From: Clostridia bacterium
GTDB taxonomy: Bacteria > Bacillota > Clostridia > Christensenellales > CAG-138
NCBI GenBank assembly: GCA_017428025.1
Contig: JAFRRO010000066.1
Coordinates: forward strand, 2,853-66,852
Direction of reading: 5' to 3'
Length of the DNA stretch: 64,000 nt
Shown: positions 1 to 7,370 of the stretch, piece by piece
How positions within the stretch are numbered: the stretch's first letter is position 1
Layout: every line of letters begins with the position of its first letter
Translations under genes and position numbers: made by a program
Notes under the pieces: model-generated
Seen by the model: the letters and a program-made list of their open reading frames with translations, nothing else
Told to the model about the DNA's origin: nothing
Databases searched by the model: none

Positions 1-1
1 G

Positions 2-88
2 GAGGACGCCTGCAAGATGGAACACTACATCAGCGACACGTCCTTTGCCGCGATCAAGGAGCACCTGAAAACGCATCCCGTGATTTAA
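2..88 (+). CDS. DtxR/MntR-family metal-dependent regulator, C-terminal end only (5' part lies outside the window)
   Basis: Frame-2 translation is EDACKMEHYISDTSFAAIKEHLKTHPVI followed by a stop. The ACxxEH segment is typical of the DtxR/MntR dimerisation/metal-site region. A terminator follows. Confidence 0.55.
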   Translation, partial: EDACKMEHYISDTSFAAIKEHLKTHPVI

Positions 89-97
89 TCCGCACAA

Positions 98-121
98 GAC
101 GCCGAACACCGGCGTCTTTTT
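98..121 (+). terminator. Rho-independent terminator
   Basis: Stem GACGCCG / CGGCGTC with a 5-nt loop, followed by TTTTT. Confidence 0.75.
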
Positions 122-126
122 CATGC

Positions 127-155
127 TTGACAAATACCCTTAGGGGGTATATAAT
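127..155 (+). promoter_or_regulatory. Consensus sigma-A promoter with a CsoR operator in the spacer
   Basis: TTGACA (127-132), a 17-nt spacer, then TATAAT (150-155). The spacer holds the GC-rich dyad ATACCCTTAGGGGGTAT (134-150), which resembles the known CsoR box (TACCC-N4-GGGGTA type). Confidence 0.8.
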
Positions 156-196
156 GAACGCATAAATACCCCGTGCGGGTATTGAAAGGAGCTTTT

Positions 197-508
197 ATGG
201 AAAACTGTTGTAAGACGGACGGAACGGGGGAACGGAAGAAGATTCGCGGCGAACAGGAAAAGCGCGATCTGATGAACCGGTTGAAGCGGATCGAGGGACA
301 GGTGCGCGGGCTTCAGCGCATGCTCGAGGAGGACGCCTACTGTCCGGAGATTCTCGTGCAGGCGTCGGCGGTCAATTCGGCGCTGAACAGCTTTTCGAGA
401 ACGCTGCTTGCCGATCATCTGCACACCTGCGTGACCGACGACATCCGCGCGGGACGGGATGAAGCCGTCGACGAGCTGATGGAAACCCTGAAGAAGCTGA
501 TGAAGTGA
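197..508 (+). CDS. csoR: CsoR-family copper-sensing transcriptional repressor
   Basis: Translation MENCCKTDG...LMNRLKRIEGQVRGLQRMLEEDAYCPEILVQASAV...ADHLHTCV shows the CsoR/DUF156 helix pattern with Cys and His ligands. GAAAGGAG lies 5 nt before the ATG at 197. The ORF-track start at 173 is a GTG inside the promoter-proximal leader. Confidence 0.85.
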   Translation: MENCCKTDGTGERKKIRGEQEKRDLMNRLKRIEGQVRGLQRMLEEDAYCPEILVQASAVNSALNSFSRTLLADHLHTCVTDDIRAGRDEAVDELMETLKKLMK

Positions 509-521
509 GCGGAGGACGGAT

Positions 522-3053
522 ATGAAGCAATACAACGTGACCGGCATGAGCTGCGCGGCGTGCTCCGCGCGCGTCGAAAAGGCGGTGTCCGGCGTAAAAG
601 GCGTGACGTCCTGCTCGGTCAGTATCTTAACCAATTCGATGGGCGTCGAGGGAACCGCCTCGTCCGACGAAATCATCCGCGCCGTCGAAAAAGCCGGGTA
701 CGGCGCTTCGGAGAAGGGGACGGAACGGAGGTCCGATCACGCGCCGTCCTGGGCGGACGCGGATGCTTTGAAGGATCGGGAGACGCCGAAGCTGAAAAAG
801 CGGCTGCTGTTTTCCGTGCCGATTCTGCTCGTGCTCATGTATTTCTCGATGGGACACATGATGTGGGGATTCCCGGCGCCGAAGGCGTTCGACAACCTTG
901 TTTTTCTGGGACTCTTTGAACTGCTGCTTGCCGTGACCGTGATGGTGATCAACGGAAAATTCTTCACCTCCGGCTTCTCCTCGCTGATGCACGGCGCGCC
1001 GAATATGGACACGCTGGTTGCGCTGGGTTCGAGCGCGTCGTTCGGATATTCGCTCGCGTCGCTGTTTCTGATGATCCTTGCGCAGGGCGAGGGGCAGACG
1101 GACACGGTGATGAAGCACGGTATGAACCTGTATTTCGAATCGGCGGCGATGATCCCGACGCTGATCACGGTCGGAAAGATGCTGGAAGCCAAGTCGAAGG
1201 GCCGCACGACGGACGCGCTGAAGGGGCTGATGAAGCTTGCGCCGAAAACCGCGGTGATCAAAAAGGACGGAGAGGAAATCGAGGTCGGCATCGAGCAGGT
1301 GCAGAAGGGCGACATCTTTGTCGTCCGTCCCGGCGAACTGATTCCGGTGGACGGCGTGATCGAAAAGGGCGCGACCGCGGTCAACGAATCCGCGCTGACC
1401 GGCGAGAGCATCCCGGTCGACAAAGCGGAGGGCGACGCGGTTTCCGCCGCGACGATGAATCAGCACGGGTACATCGAATGCCGCGCGACGCGCGTCGGCG
1501 AGGACACGACACTGGCGCAGATCATCCGCACCGTATCCGACGCGGCGGCGACGAAAGCGCCGCTTGCCCGCATTGCAGACAAGGTTTCCGGCGTCTTTGT
1601 ACCGGCGGTGATCGGGATCGCGCTTTTGACGATGATCGGCTGGCTGATCGCCGGACGTCCGTTCTCCTTTGCGATCGCAAGAGGCATTTCCGTGCTGGTC
1701 ATCAGCTGCCCCTGCGCGCTCGGGCTCGCGACGCCGGTCGCAATCATGGTCGGCAGCGGCGTCGGCGCGAAAACCGGCGTGCTGTATAAGACGGCGGCGG
1801 CTCTGGAAGGCGCGGGGCGGACGCAGATCGTCGCGCTGGACAAGACGGGCACCGTCACCGAGGGCGAACCGAAGGTCACCGACATTCTGCCGCTCGGAAC
1901 GGAGCGGGACGAACTGCTGCGGCTTGCGGCGTCTTTGGAGAAGAACAGCGAGCATCCGCTGGCAAAGGCGGTGACGGCCGCCGCGGAGGGACTCGATCTT
2001 TCGGAGGTCTCGGACTTCGAAGCGCTGCCCGGCAACGGGTTAAGGGCAACGCTGAACGGCAAAGCGCTACTTGGCGGCAGTCTCAAGTATCTGCGCTCCA
2101 AAGCGCCGGTCGACCAAACCGTGGAAAAACAGGCGAACGCACTCGCCGGGCAGGGCAAGACGCCGCTGCTGTTCGCATATGACGGCGCGCTGATCGGGCT
2201 GATCGCAGTCGCCGATCCGATCAAGCAGGATTCCGCGCAGGCGATCAAAGAACTGCACGGCATGGGCGTGAGGACCGTTCTTTTGACCGGCGACAACGAG
2301 CGGACCGCAACAGCCATCGCAAAGCAGGCGGGCGTGGATCAGGTCATTGCGGGCGTGCTGCCGGACGGCAAGGCGGACATCATTCGCAAGCTCAAGACGC
2401 TCGGCAAGGTGACGATGGTCGGCGACGGCATCAACGACGCGCCGGCGCTCACGGTGGCGGACAACGGCGCTGCGATCGGCGCGGGCACGGACGTCGCGAT
2501 CGACGCGGCGGATATCGTGGTGATGAAGAGCCGTCTCAAGGATGTGACGGCGGCGATCCGCCTGAGCCGCGCGACGATCCGGAACATCCATGAAAATCTG
2601 TTCTGGGCGTTCTTCTATAATATCATCTGCATTCCGCTCGCCATGGGACTGTACGGCATCGAGATGAAGCCGATGTACGGCGCGGCGGCGATGGCGCTTT
2701 CGAGCTTCTTTGTGTGCATGAACGCGCTGCGGCTGAATCTCAAAAAGCCGCACGACAGCACACATGACAGACCGCAGAAACCGATTCCCGCAGAAGCGCT
2801 GGAATCTCTCATAGAAAATGAAACAAAAAAGGAGGAAGCAACGATGACAAAGACTTTGAAGGTAGAAGGCATGATGTGCCCGCACTGTGAGGCGCGCGTC
2901 AGAAAGGCGCTGGAAGCCGTTCCCGGCGTGGAGAGTGCGGTTGCGGATCACAACCTCGGCACCGCGGTCGTCACCCTCAGCGCACCCGTCGCGGACGAGG
3001 TTCTGACCGCAGCCGTGGAAGCGCAGGACTACAAGGTACTCGGCGTGGAATAA
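522..3053 (+). CDS. copA: Copper-translocating P1B-type ATPase with N-terminal and C-terminal HMA domains
   Basis: N-terminal GMSCAACSARVE, CPC motif (SCPCALGLATP), DKTGT, TGDN and GDGINDAP are all present. A C-terminal second HMA domain carries GMMCPHCEARV. Confidence 0.95.
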   Translation: MKQYNVTGMSCAACSARVEKAVSGVKGVTSCSVSILTNSMGVEGTASSDEIIRAVEKAGYGASEKGTERRSDHAPSWADADALKDRETPKLKKRLLFSVPILLVLMYFSMGHMMWGFPAPKAFDNLVFLGLFELLLAVTVMVINGKFFTSGFSSLMHGAPNMDTLVALGSSASFGYSLASLFLMILAQGEGQTDTVMKHGMNLYFESAAMIPTLITVGKMLEAKSKGRTTDALKGLMKLAPKTAVIKKDGEEIEVGIEQVQKGDIFVVRPGELIPVDGVIEKGATAVNESALTGESIPVDKAEGDAVSAATMNQHGYIECRATRVGEDTTLAQIIRTVSDAAATKAPLARIADKVSGVFVPAVIGIALLTMIGWLIAGRPFSFAIARGISVLVISCPCALGLATPVAIMVGSGVGAKTGVLYKTAAALEGAGRTQIVALDKTGTVTEGEPKVTDILPLGTERDELLRLAASLEKNSEHPLAKAVTAAAEGLDLSEVSDFEALPGNGLRATLNGKALLGGSLKYLRSKAPVDQTVEKQANALAGQGKTPLLFAYDGALIGLIAVADPIKQDSAQAIKELHGMGVRTVLLTGDNERTATAIAKQAGVDQVIAGVLPDGKADIIRKLKTLGKVTMVGDGINDAPALTVADNGAAIGAGTDVAIDAADIVVMKSRLKDVTAAIRLSRATIRNIHENLFWAFFYNIICIPLAMGLYGIEMKPMYGAAAMALSSFFVCMNALRLNLKKPHDSTHDRPQKPIPAEALESLIENETKKEEATMTKTLKVEGMMCPHCEARVRKALEAVPGVESAVADHNLGTAVVTLSAPVADEVLTAAVEAQDYKVLGVE

Positions 3054-3067
3054 ACCGAACGATCGGG

Positions 3068-3096
3068 GGGCGTACCGGAGGACGGTACGCCCTTTT
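3068..3096 (+). terminator. Rho-independent terminator after copA
   Basis: Stem GGGCGTACCG / CGGTACGCCC with loop GAGGA, followed by TTTT. Confidence 0.8.
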
Positions 3097-3170
3097 CGTG
3101 TCGAAAAACCGCCGGAGAATGCCGGTTCTGTTTCGGAAAAGAGTCGCAGAATCTTTCCTTGAACAGCCTC

Positions 3171-3198
3171 TTGACAACCGCGGAAAACGTGATATGAT
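3171..3198 (+). promoter_or_regulatory. Putative sigma-A promoter of the DUF3793-ZIP operon
   Basis: TTGACA (3171-3176), 16 nt, then TATGAT (3193-3198). Confidence 0.55.
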
Positions 3199-3205
3199 AA
3201 TAGCA

Positions 3206-3223
3206 GGTTAGCAATAGCTAACC
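3206..3223 (+). promoter_or_regulatory. Perfect 7+4+7 palindrome GGTTAGC-AATA-GCTAACC (operator candidate 1)
   Basis: Perfect inverted repeat immediately downstream of the -10. The half-sites equal the DtxR/IdeR half-site AGGTTAG / CTAACC, but the central spacing is longer. Confidence 0.5.
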
Positions 3224-3234
3224 AATGAAACGGA

Positions 3235-3262
3235 ATGCTTTTGCGAAAAAGCATCTTTTTTC
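3235..3262 (+). terminator. Intrinsic terminator-like hairpin inside the 5' leader
   Basis: Stem ATGCTTTT / AAAAGCAT with a 4-nt loop, followed by CTTTTTT. It lies between the two GGTTAGC palindromes. Confidence 0.6.
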
Positions 3263-3270
3263 GGAGAATG

Positions 3271-3288
3271 GGTTAGCAAACGCTAACC
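3271..3288 (+). promoter_or_regulatory. Perfect palindrome GGTTAGC-AAAC-GCTAACC (operator candidate 2)
   Basis: Second copy of the same 7-bp arms, 65 nt after the first and directly upstream of the RBS AAAGGAG. Confidence 0.5.
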
Positions 3289-3301
3289 GAAAGGAGAATC
3301 T

Positions 3302-3892
3302 ATGTCGGAGGAAGCGGTCATCCTGCACGGTGCGCCGACGCTGGCGGGAATCAAAACGGGCAGCCTGTTTCGCTGCGCATACGAGAGCATCGACGAAATG
3401 CGCGCATCGCTGCGCGAATGGAACCGGCGCTTTTCCCATAAAGGGCTTCGCGTCGTTCCGCTGTCCTACGAAAACAATAAGGCGCTCCTGTATCTGTACC
3501 GTCCTTCCCGGCTGTTTCGCGATCTGTCCGACGGCGACGCTTCAAAGATCCTGTCCGGCTGCGGCTATTGCGAGGGATCGCCTGCGCGATGCCTCAGCTG
3601 CCTTGCGAAGCGGATTCAAAGCAACGCGGATTTTCCGCACGAGATCGGACTGTTTCTCGGCTATCCGCCGGAGGACGTGCGCGGATTTATCGAGCATCGG
3701 GACTGCGACGTGAAATGCGTCGGCTGCTGGAAGGTTTACGGAGATGAAGCAAAGGCGGAGAAGACGTTTCGCCTGTTCCGCAAGTGCAGCAGAATCTACC
3801 GGCAGCAATGGGAAAACGGTACGCCGATCGAACGGCTGACCGTTGCGGAACATCGGACGGGCAGGATTCGGAGGGAAACACCGTGTGGCTGA
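3302..3892 (+). CDS. DUF3793-like protein
   Basis: The N-terminus ...ILHGAPTLAGIKTGSLFRC... and the Cys-rich C-terminal half resemble DUF3793 proteins (recalled from memory). RBS AAAGGAG is present. Confidence 0.55.
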   Translation: MSEEAVILHGAPTLAGIKTGSLFRCAYESIDEMRASLREWNRRFSHKGLRVVPLSYENNKALLYLYRPSRLFRDLSDGDASKILSGCGYCEGSPARCLSCLAKRIQSNADFPHEIGLFLGYPPEDVRGFIEHRDCDVKCVGCWKVYGDEAKAEKTFRLFRKCSRIYRQQWENGTPIERLTVAEHRTGRIRRETPCG

Positions 3893-4665
3893 CGGTTGCA
3901 CAAGGATTGCTGATTCCGTTTTTCGGGACGGTGCTCGGTTCGGCGTGCGTGTTCTTTATGAAAAAGGAGCTGAGCCGCAGCGTGCAGCGTGCGCTGACCG
4001 GCTTTGCGGGCGGGGTGATGGTGGCGGCGTCGATCTGGAGCCTGCTGATTCCCGCCATGCAGCAGAGCGCGGGAAAAGGGAAATGGGCGTTTCTGCCCGC
4101 GGTGACCGGTTTCTGGCTCGGCGTGCTGTTTCTGCTGCTGCTCGATCACGTGATTCCGCATCTGCACCGCAGCATCGGACAGGCGGAGGGTCCGAAAAGC
4201 CGCCTGAAGCGGACAACCATGATGGTGCTTGCGGTCACGCTGCACAACATCCCGGAGGGGATGGCGGTCGGCGTGGTCTATGCGGGACTCATCGGCGGTT
4301 CCGGCGAGATCACGCTCGGCGGCGCGCTGGCGCTTGCGATCGGCATAGCGATTCAGAACTTCCCGGAAGGCGCGATCATTTCCATGCCGCTGCATGCGGA
4401 GGGAAAGACCAAATGCCGCGCATTTTGGGACGGTGCGCTGTCCGGCGCGGTGGAGCCGGTCGGCGCGCTTCTGACCGTGCTGTTTGCAGGTCTGCTCGTT
4501 CCGGCCATGCCGTATCTGCTGTCGTTTGCGGCAGGCGCCATGCTGTATGTGGTTGTGGAGGAGCTGATCCCCGAGATGTCGGCGGGCGAGCACTCCAATA
4601 TCGGCGTTGTGCTGTTCGCGCTCGGCTTTAGTTTGATGATGGCGCTGGATGTGGCGCTCGGATAA
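3883..4665 (+). CDS. ZIP-family divalent metal transporter (ZupT-like)
   Basis: Multi-TM protein with HNIPEGMAVG and QNFPEGAI signature motifs. Proposed GTG start at 3883 has GGAGGG upstream and overlaps the DUF3793 stop. The ORF-track start at 3784 would add a non-membrane, Arg-rich extension. Confidence 0.8.
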   Translation: MWLTVAQGLLIPFFGTVLGSACVFFMKKELSRSVQRALTGFAGGVMVAASIWSLLIPAMQQSAGKGKWAFLPAVTGFWLGVLFLLLLDHVIPHLHRSIGQAEGPKSRLKRTTMMVLAVTLHNIPEGMAVGVVYAGLIGGSGEITLGGALALAIGIAIQNFPEGAIISMPLHAEGKTKCRAFWDGALSGAVEPVGALLTVLFAGLLVPAMPYLLSFAAGAMLYVVVEELIPEMSAGEHSNIGVVLFALGFSLMMALDVALG

Positions 4666-4685
4666 TCTTTTAACAGGAGGAAGGT

Positions 4686-4937
4686 ATGTACAGGGTAACT
4701 ATGAAAATCGAAGGCATGATGTGCGGCATGTGCGAAGCGCACATTGCGGATACGATCCGAAAGGCGTTCCCCGACGCGAAAAAGGTGAACGCATCGAGAA
4801 AGCACGGCGAAGCGACGTTCCTTTCGGAACGGGAGATCGACCGCGAAAGACTCCGGCAGGCGATCGAAGCCACCGGCTATACGTTCGTTTCGGTCTCGTT
4901 GGAGCCGTACGTAAAGCGCGGTCTGTTCGGGAGATAA
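4686..4937 (+). CDS. Heavy-metal-associated (HMA) domain protein, CopZ-like
   Basis: Translation begins MKIEGMMCGMCEAHIADTI (MxCxxC motif). RBS AGGAGGAAGG is present. Confidence 0.8.
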   Translation: MYRVTMKIEGMMCGMCEAHIADTIRKAFPDAKKVNASRKHGEATFLSEREIDRERLRQAIEATGYTFVSVSLEPYVKRGLFGR

Positions 4938-5000
4938 ACGATGCTGCTTTTGAAACTTGCGGCGGAAATCCTGATCCTGTGAATCCTCTATATCCTTTAT

Positions 5001-5450
5001 ATGGCGATCCTTGTGCACCGTCGCGGTCCGCTCGGCGGCATCTTCTTCTATCCGAAGGTTGTGCAGGACCGCGTGATCGAACACGGACTGATCTCAAAGG
5101 CGGAGATCAAAAAACGGCGCGCATTTGCCTATGTACTGCTGCTGCTTTGGATGCTGATTGTGCCAGGCTTCATGATCCTGCTCGTGAACGGCGCGCGCGG
5201 ATATTTCGATCTTTGCTGGCAGTTCTACGTACTGTTCCTCGGCGCGGAATTCTACGACTGGTTGTTCATCGACACGATCTGGGTGGCCAAATCGGACTGG
5301 TGGCTGATCCCGGGGACGGAGGACCTGAACGGCACGTGGCACGACGTCAACGTAAAGAAATGGAAGCTTTTGAAGCTGATTCCCTGCTCGATCCCGCTTG
5401 CGGCGATCGTCGGCGGGCTGTACTGGCTGATCGGGAAGGCGATCGGGTGA
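5001..5450 (+). CDS. Hypothetical integral membrane protein
   Basis: 149-aa ORF with 3-4 hydrophobic segments and Trp-rich loops. No family recognised. Confidence 0.5.
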   Translation: MAILVHRRGPLGGIFFYPKVVQDRVIEHGLISKAEIKKRRAFAYVLLLLWMLIVPGFMILLVNGARGYFDLCWQFYVLFLGAEFYDWLFIDTIWVAKSDWWLIPGTEDLNGTWHDVNVKKWKLLKLIPCSIPLAAIVGGLYWLIGKAIG

Positions 5451-5463
5451 CGGAGGAAACGAT

Positions 5464-5793
5464 ATGAAAAACGACAATACGCTGTCCTTGAAGTACCGTG
5501 TTTTGCGGCGGCTTGTGAAGGCGGCGAACATCAAAAGACGCTGGACGGGCATGTCCACGGAGGCGCTTCTGGAAAACAGAAGGAAGCAGAACGCGAAAAA
5601 CAAGATCCCCGATCTAAGCGACGACGCCTTTACGATCGAACGGATTGAGGTCATGGGCTGTCCGGTACTGACGTTCCGCCACAAAGAGAAGACGGAGAAA
5701 GCCAATCTGTTTTTGATCGGCGGAGGCATGATCAGCGCGCCGCGTCCCGGCTCCGTGTATGCTCACCGAAAGAGGCGAAGTATTGGCGAATGA
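5464..5793 (+). pseudogene. 5' fragment of an alpha/beta-hydrolase (esterase/lipase-type) gene
   Basis: N-terminal region up to the oxyanion-type LFLIGGGMIS motif, after which the frame runs into unrelated sequence and stops. The catalytic GxSxG region is absent. Confidence 0.55.
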
Positions 5794-5941
5794 AACGCTG
5801 AAACGCAATCTGACGATTCAACGGTTTCTGATCGGTCTCGGCGTAGATCGATCCGTTGCCGAAGCCGACGCCTGCAAAATGGAGCACGTCATCAGCGCGC
5901 AGAGCCTGCAGGCGATGGCGGCTGTTACCCCCCGATCGTAA
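5732..5941 (+). pseudogene. 3' remnant of a DtxR/MntR-family regulator gene (no HTH domain)
   Basis: Translation LTERGEVLANETLKRNLTIQRFLIGLGVD...EADACKMEHVIS covers only the dimerisation/metal-binding part. The ACKMEH segment is about 80% identical at nucleotide level to window positions 5-37. Confidence 0.55.
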
Positions 5942-5960
5942 GCCGCCGTACAAGAGAAAG

Positions 5961-5994
5961 AAAAACGACCGTCACAAGATGGTCGCTTTTCTTT
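5961..5994. terminator. Bidirectional terminator hairpin
   Basis: Stem CGACCGTC / GATGGTCG (one G-U pair) with loop ACAA, flanked by an A-tract and a T-tract. It sits between convergent genes. Confidence 0.55.
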
Positions 5995-6075
5995 GTGAAA
6001 GAGCGCGTAAAAGCGCATCAAAGCATAGAAAGACCGTGCAAAAGGTTTATGCTGAATATTTCGATAAACCGGAAT

Positions 6076-6744
6076 TCACCTGTTTGCTCTCAGCGTATAA
6101 GTTGCTCCCCAGTTTTTCAGAACGGTGACGGAAGAGAATCCGGCGAACAGCAGAGCTTCTTTTTCGTGATCTACGGTCAACGGGGTATCATAGTGATAAA
6201 ACTCGTCATTGTGAATGTCCTGTTCCTTTTTCAGTCGGAGAAGCTCAGCACGGTGAAATCGTTCTTCTTCGTCTGACGCCGAGAAATAATCTGTCAGGAT
6301 AAAAAAGCCGCCCGGCTTTATGGCTTTCCGCACCTTCACATACAGGGGAATCTTTTCTTCCTTTGTGAAGTGGTGAAGAGACTCGACGGACACAGCCGCG
6401 TCAAAGGCACACGCATCAAATGGCACGTCAAAATAGGAACTTGCGATCAAAGTCAGCGACTTGTCGGGATATTTCCCGCGAAGTGCTTCCAGCATCCCCG
6501 GAGCGAGGTCGATCCCGGTGATCCTTGCCGTGGGAACCGTTTCAAAATAGTACCCGAGTTCCAGTCCGGTCCCGCATCCCAAATCCAAGATATGGGAATC
6601 AGCGGTCTGCGGCAGACATCCTGCGGTAAAGGGGTAGAACTCCCGGGCTGAATCAATGCACGTCAACTGGTGTTCCTCATAATCGTTCAGTCGAGCTTCA
6701 AAAAACTCTCCCATCTTTTCAAGCATATTGCCGCTCCTCCGCAA
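6076..6744 (-). CDS. Class I SAM-dependent methyltransferase
   Basis: Motif I ILDLGCGTGLE, plus post-I and motif II regions. Length 222 aa. Confidence 0.85.
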   Translation of the reverse strand: MRRSGNMLEKMGEFFEARLNDYEEHQLTCIDSAREFYPFTAGCLPQTADSHILDLGCGTGLELGYYFETVPTARITGIDLAPGMLEALRGKYPDKSLTLIASSYFDVPFDACAFDAAVSVESLHHFTKEEKIPLYVKVRKAIKPGGFFILTDYFSASDEEERFHRAELLRLKKEQDIHNDEFYHYDTPLTVDHEKEALLFAGFSSVTVLKNWGATYTLRANR

Positions 6745-6889
6745 ACAGCAAGATTACAATAACAGTGAAAAAACCATGTTCATTTTCGTAACACACTTTA
6801 CTCAGATATACTGCAGCACTTCCTTAAACTCCGATCTGTTGAGATGATTATACTGGAAAAGTATGATTATTTCAACCGTTCAAAGCAAT

Positions 6890-7095
6890 ATAGCCCCTGC
6901 GGGGCAATGAGAAGTGATGTTTGCGCCATCGGCGCAAGTGATGTTTTTGCCGGAAGCGGCAAAAGTGATGCTGCTCCTTGCGGTCGCAGTGATGTGATGT
7001 GTTCCGCTCACGCGCGAAGCGCACATCACTTGGCGAAGCCAAACATCAAGTCCGAAGGACGCATCACGTTCCGAAAAAGCAGAACACATCGTTGA
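6890..7095. repeat. Array of short GC hairpins spaced by GTGATG (left half) and CATCAC (right half)
   Basis: GTGATG occurs at 6914, 6938, 6965, 6989 and 6994. CATCA(C/A/G) occurs at 7024, 7044, 7062 and 7087. Hairpins TTGCGCC/GGCGCAA, TTTTGCCG/CGGCAAAA, GCCCC/GGGGC and TTGGC/GCCAA lie between them. Confidence 0.7.
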
Positions 7096-7135
7096 AAAAA
7101 AGCGTCTTCTGTCGGTAGACAAAAGACGCTTTTTT
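7095..7135. terminator. Bidirectional terminator downstream of tRNA-Asn
   Basis: 13-bp stem AGCGTCTTCTGTC / GACAAAAGACGCT (one mismatch) with loop GGTA, flanked by A6 and T5. Confidence 0.8.
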
Positions 7136-7137
7136 CA

Positions 7138-7212
<75 letters not shown>

Positions 7213-7335
7213 ATGCTGCAAGCGATATCATAACAGCACGGTCGGTTTTTCGCAAAGACGAATACAGACGAATACGGATAAATATGATTGAATAGCTCTT
7301 TAAATCTTCAAAATGCTCACTATTTTGCGGTTTGA

Positions 7336-7364
7336 TTGACGAAGTTGCCTTTTTGGTGTACAAT
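7336..7364 (+). promoter_or_regulatory. Sigma-A promoter placed for a leaderless transcript
   Basis: TTGACG (7336-7341), 17 nt, then TACAAT (7359-7364). The ATG at 7371 lies 6 nt after the -10 and has no SD. Confidence 0.6.
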
Positions 7365-7370
7365 AGCCGC

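Noticed and set aside
5759-5941. The 60-aa ORF as a functional small metalloregulator.
   Set aside because: It lacks the whole winged-helix DNA-binding domain and has no RBS. It abuts a truncated hydrolase fragment, so it is more simply a gene remnant.
6844-7122. The 83-aa (plus) and 80-aa (minus) ORFs as protein-coding genes.
   Set aside because: They merely translate the GTGATG/CATCAC hairpin array (periodic SDV / HHIT strings). They have no RBS and overlap each other on opposite strands.
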